The notes under the pieces are model-generated. The model saw nothing but the letters and a program-made list of their open reading frames with translations, was not told where the DNA came from and searched no databases. DNA of 58,272 nt from Bacteroidales bacterium. Its GTDB lineage: Bacteria; Bacteroidota; Bacteroidia; Bacteroidales; JAIPAH01. Numbering within the stretch: position 1 is the stretch's first letter; every line of letters starts with the position of its first letter. Shown piece by piece: positions 37,854 to 48,201 of this stretch. The position numbers were made by a program, and so were the translations under genes. The stretch lies in the NCBI GenBank assembly GCA_021740175.1, contig JAIPAH010000002.1:1-58272 (forward strand). The letters are read 5' to 3'.

Positions 37854-39266
37854 TTATTTTTTTTCATGCCTGGCGGCCACCCGAAAGATGCGTTCTTGTT
37901 TATCGGGATGCTTATCCGGATCATATCCACCGTTTTCAAAAACAATGCGGCGGTAATGCCAGTTTCCGACATACGCCCAGATAGCTGACTTAAGTTTCCG
38001 ACTTCGCATAACCGATTTAATAACATTTTTACGCATGGTGGTTTTGTTGTAAATTTTGTGCCAAATTATATACATATGATGTTCAAGCTCTTCCGCACTC
38101 ATTCTATCGGGTTGGATAACCACTTCCTCTGCATGATATCGTTGCCAGTCTTCCGGGTAATTATTGCGAATTACCCTGTTTTCTCTGGTAAGCTTTTCAA
38201 ATAACTCTGTTCCCGGATTGGGAGTTAGAACTGTTGCCTGAATAGCATCTACACCTGATTTTTTAATGAACCTTTCGCGGCGGTGAAGGCTTTCCGGAGT
38301 ATCGCCGTCCAGGCCGAAAATAAATGCACCCAAAACGGAGATTCCCGCTCTTTGTATTTTCCTGAATTTCTTTTTGAAGCTTTCGGGCTTCATTTTGGCA
38401 TTGAGAAATTTGTTTGACTGCTTGAGTTGATCGAGATTGTCTGATTCCACCCCGAGTAAGACTTCCCGGCAACCAGCTTTGGAGGCTAGTTTCAGGAATC
38501 TGGGGTCCTCGGCAATGTTCATTGAGGCTTGTATAAACCATTGCTTTTTTAACCCTCTCTCGATCATGCCTTCAAGGATTGCATAGGAATGTTCCCTGCT
38601 GCGTATGGAATATCCATAGAAATTATCATCGACAATGCCGAGAAGTTTGTCAGGTAGTTGCTCCATTTCATCTAAAATGTCTTGCACCGGGCGTAAACGA
38701 TGTTTGTTTCCATTGAACCGGTGAACCGAACAAAAATCGCACTTGTAAGGACAACCCCTCGTGGTTTGGATAGAGTTGAAAAGATAATCTTTGTGAAACA
38801 AGTCATGACGGGCTGTGGGTATTTTTTCCATAGGAGGTCTTCCTCCTTCATAGACCGGTTGAAGGTTATTGTTTTCAAAATCTTTTATTAAATCGGGCCA
38901 TTTACTTTCAGCCTCCCCTTTAAAAACCACATCCACATACTGAGTAGCTTCTCCGGGCATCATCGTAGCATGAATGCCTCCCAAAACCACAGGAATATCC
39001 CTGCTCTTGTAGTGTTCGGCAATTTGATAGGCACGAAATACATTCGGAGTAAAAGCCGTAATGCCTACTAAATCAGCCTCTTTGTCCGGGTTATCTTCAA
39101 ACCTGTCAAAATTTTCGTCTAAAATTTCCACCTCCCAGCTATCAGGTGTCAAGGCGGCGATTATTCCCAGGCTGATCGGGGGATACCGTGAAGTAACAGT
39201 CAGCGCAAAACCAATCCTGTGTTGATTCTGCGGGTTAATTAACAATAATTTATATTTTTTGGCCAT
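37854..39266 (-). CDS. B12-binding-domain radical SAM protein
   Basis: N-terminal cobalamin-binding-like region (LLLINPQN..PPISLGIIAALTP). TTRGCPYKCDFCSV is a canonical CX3CX2C. Confidence 0.85.
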   Translation of the reverse strand: MAKKYKLLLINPQNQHRIGFALTVTSRYPPISLGIIAALTPDSWEVEILDENFDRFEDNPDKEADLVGITAFTPNVFRAYQIAEHYKSRDIPVVLGGIHATMMPGEATQYVDVVFKGEAESKWPDLIKDFENNNLQPVYEGGRPPMEKIPTARHDLFHKDYLFNSIQTTRGCPYKCDFCSVHRFNGNKHRLRPVQDILDEMEQLPDKLLGIVDDNFYGYSIRSREHSYAILEGMIERGLKKQWFIQASMNIAEDPRFLKLASKAGCREVLLGVESDNLDQLKQSNKFLNAKMKPESFKKKFRKIQRAGISVLGAFIFGLDGDTPESLHRRERFIKKSGVDAIQATVLTPNPGTELFEKLTRENRVIRNNYPEDWQRYHAEEVVIQPDRMSAEELEHHMYIIWHKIYNKTTMRKNVIKSVMRSRKLKSAIWAYVGNWHYRRIVFENGGYDPDKHPDKQERIFRVAARHEKK

Positions 39267-39293
39267 TCAATTTTTTTTGCAATATATTAAAAA

Positions 39294-40016
39294 TCATCCT
39301 TCTCTAACAATTTTGATGATCTCTTCAATTTCTTTTTCATCAGGGATTTTCGTATTTGCTGCATAATAATGCTCGAAAACAAAATTCCCCAACGCATTGC
39401 AATATTTTATGCCGGTATCGATAAAGGTTGCTACGGCTACATCCATTGGGACTAATACTGTCAAACCCACATAATTATCTTGAAAGTCAAAGTTTTCAAT
39501 ATAACAATCTAATTCTTTAGCTCTATGAGATACTTCATTTTCAATAATTTTATGCTGCTTTTGGTCAAATGTATAACCCTCATGAGGCAAAACCAGGAAA
39601 TATATCCTCAATTTATCATTGGTTCCACCTAGTCCTGTAGAAATAAAACCGGCACTTTCATCTGTTAGCTCGCTCTCGAGGAACATTTTGCATTCTTGTA
39701 AAGCCAATGCCGACCACTTTTTTAAGGTGCCGTCAGCATTTTCATAATACTTATTTATTTGTTTGTATGCACTTATTGTCCCTACGTGTGCTAAAATGGT
39801 CAATCCTTTCTTCTTCCCTTCATCCGGTACTTCCGGATTATGGAGTATCCTTCCGATTTTGTTTATCTCATCTTCTGTAAGCTCGCCGCGTTCAAAGCTA
39901 TGGGAATAATCAAGATATTTTTTCTGAAGATCAAAGTCGATTCCTTCTTCGAGAATTTGAAAATTATCGGGGATACTGTCTAAAAATTGTCTTATTTCTT
40001 CGTGTTCGTCTGTCAT
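39294..40016 (-). CDS. Hypothetical protein
   Basis: 240-aa ORF, 27 nt upstream of the radical SAM gene on the same strand. Confidence 0.5.
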   Translation of the reverse strand: MTDEHEEIRQFLDSIPDNFQILEEGIDFDLQKKYLDYSHSFERGELTEDEINKIGRILHNPEVPDEGKKKGLTILAHVGTISAYKQINKYYENADGTLKKWSALALQECKMFLESELTDESAGFISTGLGGTNDKLRIYFLVLPHEGYTFDQKQHKIIENEVSHRAKELDCYIENFDFQDNYVGLTVLVPMDVAVATFIDTGIKYCNALGNFVFEHYYAANTKIPDEKEIEEIIKIVREG

Positions 40017-40107
40017 TTTACAATGTTTTTAGTATAAAGCAGTTTGAAGAAGATTTCTTTCAAGTGTTACTTGTTGACCAATTCATGTTGGCTCTTAATC
40101 TTTTATA

Positions 40108-40902
40108 TTACTGCAAAATCATTTCATTGAGAATAGATGTAATTTTTTTATCCGTACTCCCTTTTTTATATCCAATAAATATATTTTTGATCTCTCTTTC
40201 CTTATCTATTATAAAAAATGTCGGAACTCCCTGGACGTTATATTTATGTTTTACTTTTTTATTAGATATGAAATACTTGTAATTGATTTTATTTTTTTTC
40301 ATGAATTTTTTAATTTCCTTAATGTTGGCTTCTTGAGTCTCAATACTCACCAGTTCAAAATTTTTATTCCTGTAATCATTCTCCAGGTTCCTTAGAAAGG
40401 GGATTGCTTTATGACATGGACCGCAATACATGCCCGTAAAATTCAATAAAATCACTTTACTCTTAATGTCATCTAAAGCAACACTGTCTCCGCTACAGGA
40501 TTTTAATTTCCAATAGGGTGCTATTTCCCACCTTAATTGTTTTTTTACTGTTTTTGCCTTTTTCTTGACAACCTCAGCTTCACTTTTAATGGCAAAATCA
40601 TCCGGTATCTTTTGGGTTGCATCAAAATTCTGCTTTTTCTCATCATTAATTTTTATATCTGAACACGCTGTTGAAGATTTTACAGGCGGATTACTTCCGA
40701 TTAACTTATAAGGCAGCTTTTTTTCTTTATTTATCCATAACACGTAACGGGTAGATTTATCGGGGGATTGCTTTATCTGTGGAATTAAGCTACCAAAATA
40801 TGCTGTTTTTCCGGGAAAATGAAAATTTATCCTGGCCGAATCTTCAAAATCTTTATGAGTAATTCTTATATTATCTTTATGATCTAGTATTAGTTTTTTC
40901 AT
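40108..40902 (-). CDS. TlpA/redoxin-family thiol-disulfide oxidoreductase with N-terminal extension
   Basis: VILLNFTGMYCGPCHKAIPFL contains the CxxC thioredoxin-fold motif. VQGVPTFFII is also present. Confidence 0.75.
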   Translation of the reverse strand: MKKLILDHKDNIRITHKDFEDSARINFHFPGKTAYFGSLIPQIKQSPDKSTRYVLWINKEKKLPYKLIGSNPPVKSSTACSDIKINDEKKQNFDATQKIPDDFAIKSEAEVVKKKAKTVKKQLRWEIAPYWKLKSCSGDSVALDDIKSKVILLNFTGMYCGPCHKAIPFLRNLENDYRNKNFELVSIETQEANIKEIKKFMKKNKINYKYFISNKKVKHKYNVQGVPTFFIIDKEREIKNIFIGYKKGSTDKKITSILNEMILQ

Positions 40903-41426
40903 AGCATTATGTTTTTGGTATGATTTTTACTTTTATTTATTCCAATGTCTCTGCAAAAGCAATATTCCGTTTATTTTCTTTTACAAGTTTTGTTTATACT
41001 GCCATTTTAGAAGAAAAAAAATTGCTTTGATTTTAATCCGTGTTTTTTTCAATGCGCTGATTTGTAAATATACTAAAACTATATCCAAAAAACTAATAGA
41101 CATTGATTTTTGTTAATGGTTGAGATGAAGTATTGACAAATGATTCAAACCGAAAAAAACCAACGCATTTTAGGTATGGCAATAGTAAAATGAAGAAGGA
41201 AATCCCGAACGCGAGACCCGGGACTCGAGACCCGAAACAAAGAACAAGGGATAACATACAAGGAACAAAAAATCTCCCACTTCCTATCTAGCTTGTTTAA
41301 TGAGCATTCTTGTTCCATGACTATCCCTTAAGTTCAAAAGTCCTTTAATAGTGAACCTCATTTACCACGGTTTTGTTATCTTAGTCCACAGCTTTTTAAA
41401 CGGACTAAAATTCGAAGAAGAAATAC

Positions 41427-42884
41427 ATGAAAATTCATTCTAAGGAATTTGGGAATTTTAAGTTTTATCGTTTTGGGAATACCTCCTTCCGTGATGCCTT
41501 GAGATGGTTGTTGGCTTTGCTGGTCTTTTCCCTCTTTCTGATGGCCGGCTGTGCCACCCAAACAAAAATTTCAGACTTACCGGCTGAGGATGCACCGTCG
41601 TTTTCATCCTCCGGGGATGAAGCGATGCCCGGTCGATGGTGGCAAGCTTTTGAGGACGAGCAGCTAAATGGGTTAGTGGACAGTGCACTGGCCAACAACT
41701 TCAATCTCCGCACGGCGTGGCAGCGCCTGAAAACGGCCGAAGCCAGTGTCAGGCGTGAATCGGCTTCCCTGTTCCCATGGTTGGATGCCTCTGCCCAGGG
41801 GCGTTCGAGTCGCTTCGGCGGTAATACTGTACTGCGCGATAACCTTAGCCTGGATGCCTCGGCCTCTTATGAAGTAGACCTGTGGGGCAGAATACGCTCG
41901 CAAGTGGAAGCCGAACGCTTCAGGGCCGAAGCTACACGCTGGGATTATAAAACGGCAGCCCTGTCGCTCTCTGCTGAGATATCCCGCACATGGTTTCAAC
42001 TACTGGAAACCCGCAATCAGCTGGAGCTGATCAACCATCAAATCGAAACCAACCAAAAGACGCTACGGCTTCTTAAAGCACGTTTCGGGAGTGGTCAAAT
42101 CCGAAGTGTAGATATTTTACGTCAGAGACGATTGCTGGAAAGCACCCGCGAACAGAAAGCTACATTGCAGGCCGGCGTGGAGGTACTTGAAAACCGGCTG
42201 GCTGTACTCACAGGCCACCCCCCTCAGGAAGCCTTCAATTACCAGGGCGATAGTTTGCCGGATATGCCGCCATTACCTGAAACCGGGTTGCCGGCAGAGT
42301 TGCTGCGGCGTCGTCCGGATGTGCAGAGTGCTTTCAATGCACTGAAGGCAGCCGACAAGGATGTGGCTTCAGCTATTAGTAATCGTTATCCCAGGCTGTC
42401 ATTAAGCGCCTCCCTGTCATCTACGGCAAGTTCAAACAATGTGGAGGATATTTTAAACGGTTGGGTAAGTTCCTTTGGAGGGAACCTGTTTGCTCCGCTC
42501 ATTTACGCCGGGCAGCGAAAAGCTGAAGTAGATCGTGCTGAAGCTGTGAAGAAACAACGCCTATACCAATACGGGCAAGCCGTTCTTACTGCTTATCGCG
42601 AAGTGGAGGATGCCTTGGTGCAGGAGAAAAAACAACGCGAGAAGATTGAAAGCATACAAAAGCAGCTTGAAATGGCACAGCAAAGCTATGAGCAACTCAG
42701 GCTGGAGTATTTCAATGGTATGAGCGATTACCTGGACGTCTTGACGGCTCTGGATGAGAAGCAGCGTTTGCAGCGGGATTTGCTCTCGGCCCGCATGACC
42801 CTGTTGGAGTATCGTATAACGTTGTATCGTGCCCTGGCCGGAGGGTTTGAGACGGGGAGGGAAGAAGTGAGTAGTGAGAAGTGA
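41427..42884 (+). CDS. Efflux outer-membrane factor lipoprotein (NodT/TolC family)
   Basis: Lipobox LMAGC. Two TolC-like repeats. [14 protein letters not shown] and PDVQSA motifs typical of the NodT family. Confidence 0.9.
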   Translation: MKIHSKEFGNFKFYRFGNTSFRDALRWLLALLVFSLFLMAGCATQTKISDLPAEDAPSFSSSGDEAMPGRWWQAFEDEQLNGLVDSALANNFNLRTAWQRLKTAEASVRRESASLFPWLDASAQGRSSRFGGNTVLRDNLSLDASASYEVDLWGRIRSQVEAERFRAEATRWDYKTAALSLSAEISRTWFQLLETRNQLELINHQIETNQKTLRLLKARFGSGQIRSVDILRQRRLLESTREQKATLQAGVEVLENRLAVLTGHPPQEAFNYQGDSLPDMPPLPETGLPAELLRRRPDVQSAFNALKAADKDVASAISNRYPRLSLSASLSSTASSNNVEDILNGWVSSFGGNLFAPLIYAGQRKAEVDRAEAVKKQRLYQYGQAVLTAYREVEDALVQEKKQREKIESIQKQLEMAQQSYEQLRLEYFNGMSDYLDVLTALDEKQRLQRDLLSARMTLLEYRITLYRALAGGFETGREEVSSEK

Positions 42885-42977
42885 GAAGTGAGAAGTGAGT
42901 AGTGAGAAGTGAGTAGTGAGTGATGAGTAGTGAGTGATGAGTAGTGAGTGATGAGTAGTGAGTGATGAGTAGTGAGT
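42864..42977. repeat. Tandem heptamer/14-mer repeat (GTGAGAA / GTGAGTA / GTGAGTGATGAGTA)
   Basis: About 114 bp of (A)GTGAG(A/T)A units that include the last codons and the stop (42882-84) of the OMF gene. Confidence 0.85.
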
Positions 42978-43449
42978 TCCACCTCCGCTAAAGCTTCGGT
43001 GGACGAAGGAGTAGCTAGTTGAAAAGCGATGATTCGAGCTGGCGAGGAGGCGAATTGGCGATAGGGCGAAGTGTGATGGGATGAGAGTTACCGGATTTCG
43101 TGTTTCGTATTCCGGATTCGTTCTGACAATTGGTTATGACTTTAGTGAATTGCTTCTCGTGTTAGAGTGTAATTTTGTAGCAATTAGTGGTAATTTGTTG
43201 TAATTGATTGTATATACATGAAATTCTTGAGCCCTGGAGGGGCGATGATTTTTGTAGCCCAGCTTCGTAATTTCACGGGATAAAGGTGGAGTATAGCGAA
43301 GCGAAACGGAGCCCTGGGTAAAAGGGATTCCTGAAGTTTCCGCCGAATCTCATGTAGTATCGGCATAATCCAATGTCGCATACGGAGGAACGGTAGGGCG
43401 TTTGAGATGGAACACAGAACAAGGAACACAGAACAAAGAACAAACGATC

Positions 43450-44649
43450 ATGAAGAAAAAAACAACGCTTATCATCAGTTTGGCTGCCTTAGCTGTAGCT
43501 GCCGTAGTGGTTCTGGTAATTTTTTCCACGGAGCCTACAGCAAAACGTGCTGGAGCAACAAAGCAAACCGCCATGCTGGTGAATGTTATCGAAGTCGAAA
43601 AAGGCACTTATCGTCCCGAAATTGAAGCGATGGGCACTGTGGAACCATCGCAGGACATTGTGCTGAGTCCACGGGTGAGCGGTGAAATCATGGAACGCTC
43701 CGACGCGTTTACACCCGGTGGCTATGTTCAGAAAGGAGAAGTGCTTCTGCAGATCGACCCGTCGGATTACAAAAACACCCTTGAGCAGCGGAAAAGTGAA
43801 TTGCTGCAGGCTCAGGCCGATTTGAACGTGGAGATGGGTCGCCAGACTGTGGCTGAGAAAGATTACCAGCTTATTGACGAAACGCTGTCGGAGAAGAACA
43901 AGGATTTGGTCCTACGAAAACCCCAGCTGAATGCTGCCCGCTCGCGCGTTCAATCCGCAAAAGCGGCTGTGGAACAAGCGAAGCTGGAATTAAACCGAAC
44001 TACTATCAAAGCCCCATTTGATGCCCATATTCTTAGCCGTAATGTGAATGTCGGATCACAGGTTTCACCCGGACAAAACCTGGGACGGCTTGTCGGGAGA
44101 GAGACCTACTGGGTAGAAGCTACCGTTCCGGTTTCCAAACTTCGCTGGATTTCTTTTCCCGAAGGCGATACGGCAACGGGCTCGGATGTATTGGTGCGTA
44201 ACCGTTCGGCATGGCCTGAAGGAGAATATCGCAAGGGTTATCTTTACAGGTTGGTCGGCTCGCTTGAGGATGAGACCCGCATGGCCAGGGTGCTGGTGAA
44301 TGTCCCCGACCCGCTGGCTTACAATGCTAAAAATGAAGAGAAACCTGCTTTGATGATAGGCTCTTATGTGCAATCTAAAATAAAAGGGAAACGGGTTACG
44401 AACGTAATTCGCCTTAACCGGGATTATGTCCGCAAGAATGAAACCGTATGGGTTATGGAAGATGAAAAGCTGCGGATTCAGGATGTGGATATTATGACCC
44501 GTGACGCTGAAAACGCTTACATCCGCGAAGGATTGAGCGATGGCGATAAGGTGGTAACCACCAATCTCAGTACCGTGGCCGACGGAGCTAAGTTGCGTGT
44601 AAAATCAGATACTACCGTGAATAATAATTCATCGACCGGTGACGAGTAA
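43450..44649 (+). CDS. Efflux RND periplasmic adaptor (MFP/HlyD family)
   Basis: I prefer a start at MKKKTTLIISLAALAV, the internal Met of track ORF 43402... Membrane-fusion-protein lipoyl, coiled-coil and beta-barrel layout (IEVEKGTY..., LLQIDPSDY, TTIKAPFDA). Confidence 0.88.
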   Translation: MKKKTTLIISLAALAVAAVVVLVIFSTEPTAKRAGATKQTAMLVNVIEVEKGTYRPEIEAMGTVEPSQDIVLSPRVSGEIMERSDAFTPGGYVQKGEVLLQIDPSDYKNTLEQRKSELLQAQADLNVEMGRQTVAEKDYQLIDETLSEKNKDLVLRKPQLNAARSRVQSAKAAVEQAKLELNRTTIKAPFDAHILSRNVNVGSQVSPGQNLGRLVGRETYWVEATVPVSKLRWISFPEGDTATGSDVLVRNRSAWPEGEYRKGYLYRLVGSLEDETRMARVLVNVPDPLAYNAKNEEKPALMIGSYVQSKIKGKRVTNVIRLNRDYVRKNETVWVMEDEKLRIQDVDIMTRDAENAYIREGLSDGDKVVTTNLSTVADGAKLRVKSDTTVNNNSSTGDE

Positions 44650-44679
44650 ATATAGAATCGAAAACAGGAGGAGACATTC

Positions 44680-47600
44680 ATGAAGAGTTCCAATTCAAAT
44701 AATGAATCGGGTAATGGTGGGAAAGGGCCTATAGCCTATATGGCTCGTAACGCTATTGCCGCTAACTTATTGATGATTATCCTGATCGGGGGAGGGCTTT
44801 ATACGACTTACAATATTCAGAAAGAGGTGTTCCCGCAATTCCAACTGGATATGGTGGAGGTTACTGTCGTCTACCCCGGAGCTGCACCTGCGGAGGTGGA
44901 ACAAGGTATCCTGTTGCCGGTGGAAGAGGCTATTAGAGGTGTTCAGGGCATCAAGGAGGTGACCTCCACAGCTTATGAAGGCTATGGGCAGATAAGTATT
45001 GAACTGGTGGTCGGAACTAATCGTATGAAAGCTTTTCAGGATATAGACCAGGCCGTAAACCGGATACGCACCTTCCCGGATAACATCGAGGAACCCGAAG
45101 TAAGACTCCAATCACGCCAGCGGGATGTTATGAATATCGCTTTGTATGGGGATGTTGATATCTGGACCCTGCGTAAGCTCTCCGAGCAGCTTCGCGACCG
45201 GTTGCTTAGTAATAAAGAAATAACGCAGGTAGAGCAGGGTTTTGTGCCCGATTACATGACCCATGTGGAAATACCCCGCCAAAAGTTACGTGAATATAAC
45301 CTAACGCTTGGTGAGGTGGCCGATATCATTGCCCGCTCAAGCAGGGATATTCCTGCAGGTTCGGTGGAAACGAATGCCGGGGAGATTCTTCTGCGTATGA
45401 AGGAACGTAAGCAATGGGCAAGAGAATTCGGAAAAATTGAAGTTGTAACTTCCGAAACAGGGGCTGCGGTTACCCTTGATGATATAGCGGAAATTACTGA
45501 CGGTTTCGATGAATCCGGTTTCCACGGTCAATTCAATCAACAACCTTCCGTTGGACTCTCGATTTACCGGATTGGTGATCAGTCGCCTCTTGATATCGCC
45601 AGTAACGTAAAGAGCATCCTAAAGGATTTTGAGAAAAGGCTCCCGCCCGGCGTAGAATATCGCATTGACAGTAATCGGGCCGAAGATTACAGGGACCGCT
45701 TATCCCTGCTGACTGAAAACGGTGTTATAGCCATCGTGATTGTTTTGCTCATCCTGGGCCTTTTCCTGGAATACCGCCTGGCTTTCTGGGTGATGATGGG
45801 TATGGTGATTTCTTTTATCGGGGGACTGGTGTTTATGCCTTCATTCGGAATAAGCATCAACATGATATCGATGTTTGGATTCCTGGTAGCTCTTGGTATT
45901 GTGGTGGATGATGCCATTGTGGTAGGTGAAAATATCTATCATTTCAGGCAGAGAGGGATGGGTTTTGTTGATGCTGCCATTGCCGGAGCGCGCGATATTG
46001 TTCGCCCTGTGACTTTCAGCATCCTTACCAATATTATTGCCTTTATACCGTTGCTTTTCATTCCCGGAACTACGGGTAAATTCTGGTGGCCGCTGCCCGC
46101 AGTGGTTATCATTGTGCTGGCCATCTCATTGCTGGAGGCTTTGTTTATCCTTCCGGCCCATCTTGGCCACAGCAAAAGCAAGTCTTCCAATATCGTGGGT
46201 CGTTCAATTGAAAAGTGGCAACAAGCTTTTGGCAGTATCTTCAGCAGATTCGTGGATAAGTACTATCGCAGGTTCCTGGAATTTTGTTTGCGTCACCGTT
46301 ATATTACCCTCAGCATAGCGATTTCCACATTATTGATGGTTGGTGCATACAGCTATAGCGACCACATGGGTATCATCATGATGCCGGAGGTAGCCGCTGA
46401 CGAGATTGAAGCCGGGGTAAGCCTGCCTGTAGGCACCACCCCGCGGCAAGCTGAAAAAGTGGCGAAAGAAATCACACAATCCAGCCGGAAAATGTTTGAT
46501 GAAAATAACCTGGAACTTGCGGCCGAGGGAATAAAAACGAATATTCGCGGTCAGAGTTTTATTGATGTGGAGATTGTAATGAAACCTCCGGATGAGCGGG
46601 AGATGTTAGCCCAGGAAGTTATCGAATTATGGCGTGATGAGATTGGCGACATAGAGGGTGTGGACCAGATTACCTTCGAAGCTGAAAGAGGACCGGGCGG
46701 CTGGCAGCAGGATATTAGTGTGGATTTGAGCCACTCCAGCATCGAGGTGCTGGAAAAAGCGCATGAGGATTTTTCTGAAGATATGGAAGCTTTTGAGGCT
46801 ACACGTGATATAAATGATAACTACAACAAGGGTAAAGAACAATTTGACTTTAAGTTGCTCCCGGAAGGAAGGAGTCTAGGCTTAACACCTTCGGATGTAG
46901 GGCGGCAGATACGTGATGCTTTTTACGGGGCCCTGGCTATGCGTCAGCTGCGGGGCACCAACGAGATAGAAGTACGCGTGAAATTACTCAAAGAACAGCG
47001 AATAGATATTCATCACCTCGAAGATTTTGTTATTGAAACGCCTGAAGGAAAAGAAGTTCCTTTGATGAATGTCGTAAAACTGAAAGAGGGGGAGGCTTTT
47101 ACGAGTATCCACCGTCGCGACGGCCGCAGGGTGATTTCGGTGGGTATGGATGTTGAACCGAAAAATGCAATATCCCGGGTGATGGCATCGATAAAAACGG
47201 AGGTTCTCCCCCAGTTGCGGGCCGATTATCCCGGTATGACCTGGAGCTTTGAAGGGAGCCAGGCCGAAATGCGGGAGTCCACCGAAGCGCTTTACGGGGG
47301 CTTTGCGTTAGCTTTGATGGTGATTTATGCTTTATTAGCCGTAGCTTTCGGTAGTTACCTGCAACCCTTGATCGTGATGGGAGCTATTCCTTTTGGTATC
47401 TTCGGAGCTGTGATTGGCCACATTTTGCTGGGCTTTGACCTTTCGCTGGTTAGCTTGATGGGTGTTATCGCCCTGTCGGGGGTAGTAGTGAACGATTCCT
47501 TGATCATGATCGATTATGCTAACAAACGGCGCTCCGATCATACGGCATTTGAAGCAATTCATGAAGCAGGATTGCGGCGTTTCAGACCCATCATCCTGAC

Positions 47601-47817
47601 AACCTTAACCACTTTCGGCGGCCTCACACCCATTATCCTGGAAACTTCGCGCCAGGCTACCCATCTGATACCTATGGCTATATCCCTCGGCTTCGGGATT
47701 GTCTTTGCTACCGGAATTATCCTGGTGATTGTTCCCAGTCTCTATATGATCCTGGAGGATGTGAAGGGAGCGTCCAGGAAATCTTCAGCAGTGAGAGAGA
47801 GAAGAAGTGACAAGTAG
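44680..47817 (+). CDS. RND efflux permease (AcrB/AcrD/AcrF superfamily)
   Basis: 1045 aa. Twelve-TM layout with two large periplasmic loops. Motifs [14 protein letters not shown] and [12 protein letters not shown]. Confidence 0.95.
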   Translation: MKSSNSNNESGNGGKGPIAYMARNAIAANLLMIILIGGGLYTTYNIQKEVFPQFQLDMVEVTVVYPGAAPAEVEQGILLPVEEAIRGVQGIKEVTSTAYEGYGQISIELVVGTNRMKAFQDIDQAVNRIRTFPDNIEEPEVRLQSRQRDVMNIALYGDVDIWTLRKLSEQLRDRLLSNKEITQVEQGFVPDYMTHVEIPRQKLREYNLTLGEVADIIARSSRDIPAGSVETNAGEILLRMKERKQWAREFGKIEVVTSETGAAVTLDDIAEITDGFDESGFHGQFNQQPSVGLSIYRIGDQSPLDIASNVKSILKDFEKRLPPGVEYRIDSNRAEDYRDRLSLLTENGVIAIVIVLLILGLFLEYRLAFWVMMGMVISFIGGLVFMPSFGISINMISMFGFLVALGIVVDDAIVVGENIYHFRQRGMGFVDAAIAGARDIVRPVTFSILTNIIAFIPLLFIPGTTGKFWWPLPAVVIIVLAISLLEALFILPAHLGHSKSKSSNIVGRSIEKWQQAFGSIFSRFVDKYYRRFLEFCLRHRYITLSIAISTLLMVGAYSYSDHMGIIMMPEVAADEIEAGVSLPVGTTPRQAEKVAKEITQSSRKMFDENNLELAAEGIKTNIRGQSFIDVEIVMKPPDEREMLAQEVIELWRDEIGDIEGVDQITFEAERGPGGWQQDISVDLSHSSIEVLEKAHEDFSEDMEAFEATRDINDNYNKGKEQFDFKLLPEGRSLGLTPSDVGRQIRDAFYGALAMRQLRGTNEIEVRVKLLKEQRIDIHHLEDFVIETPEGKEVPLMNVVKLKEGEAFTSIHRRDGRRVISVGMDVEPKNAISRVMASIKTEVLPQLRADYPGMTWSFEGSQAEMRESTEALYGGFALALMVIYALLAVAFGSYLQPLIVMGAIPFGIFGAVIGHILLGFDLSLVSLMGVIALSGVVVNDSLIMIDYANKRRSDHTAFEAIHEAGLRRFRPIILTTLTTFGGLTPIILETSRQATHLIPMAISLGFGIVFATGIILVIVPSLYMILEDVKGASRKSSAVRERRSDK

Positions 47818-47837
47818 TGAGTAGTGAGTGGTGAGAG
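47791..47837. repeat. Second patch of the GTGAG(A/T)A-type repeat at the RND gene 3' end
   Basis: GTGAGAGAGAGAAGAAGTGACAAGTAGTGAGTAGTGAGTGGTGAGAG spans the stop codon at 47815-17. Confidence 0.7.
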
Positions 47838-48053
47838 TAATTTGTAGTAATTTATTATTATGACCTTCCGGCTTTTTGCGCGGGCATTGTTGGTGGAGCA
47901 GATGGAAGGTCTTTCCGTTTCGTGTCTCGGGAACCGGGTTGAAGAAGTCATTCAGTTGTCATTCGTAGTCATTAATTGTCTATCCTCTGGATTGAGAAAG
48001 AGGAGAGGGTTGCTGCCAAAAGAATGATGTTTGAGTCTGGTCTAAAAAGCCAT

Positions 48054-48107
48054 CAAGCTGCTGATTTTTAGTATTTTTACCCCTAACTGCTAAAAATCAG
48101 CAGCTTG
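48054..48107. terminator. Perfect 18-bp-stem hairpin between convergent RND and TonB-receptor genes
   Basis: CAAGCTGCTGATTTTTAG (48054-71) is the exact reverse complement of CTAAAAATCAGCAGCTTG (48090-107). A second hairpin CCCGAAGCTTCGGG lies at 48125-38. Confidence 0.5.
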
Positions 48108-48201
48108 CAAAAGTCCCCTTTAGTCCCGAAGCTTCGGGATTAGGGCTTATAAAGCTTTTTAGAATGGACTCATTAAATTTTATGACAAAACCTTACTAAT
48201 T

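Noticed and set aside
37694-38026. 110-aa minus-strand ORF, together with 38263..38541 and 38672..38878
   Set aside because: They overlap the well-supported B12-radical SAM gene in other frames. They are shadow ORFs.
41458-41999. Three minus-strand ORFs (76, 82 and 108 aa) in the OMF gene region
   Set aside because: They are antisense shadows in GC-richer DNA. The plus-strand NodT-family gene is strongly supported.
42864-42977. Possible CRISPR array (also considered for 37477-37602 and 23886-24013)
   Set aside because: The units are 7, 63 or 21-22 bp, tandem, and have no unique spacers. No cas genes are present. These are a microsatellite, tRNA-derived repeats and iterons respectively.
42728-42982. 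84-aa minus-strand ORF (..[20 protein letters not shown]..)
   Set aside because: It is a translation of the heptamer tandem repeat and overlaps the OMF gene 3' end. It is a low-complexity artefact.
43402-43449. Upstream start (MRWNTEQGTQNKEQTI) for the MFP gene
   Set aside because: These codons are encoded by the GAACA-rich low-complexity tract. The internal Met gives a normal MKKK-plus-hydrophobic signal-anchor N-terminus.
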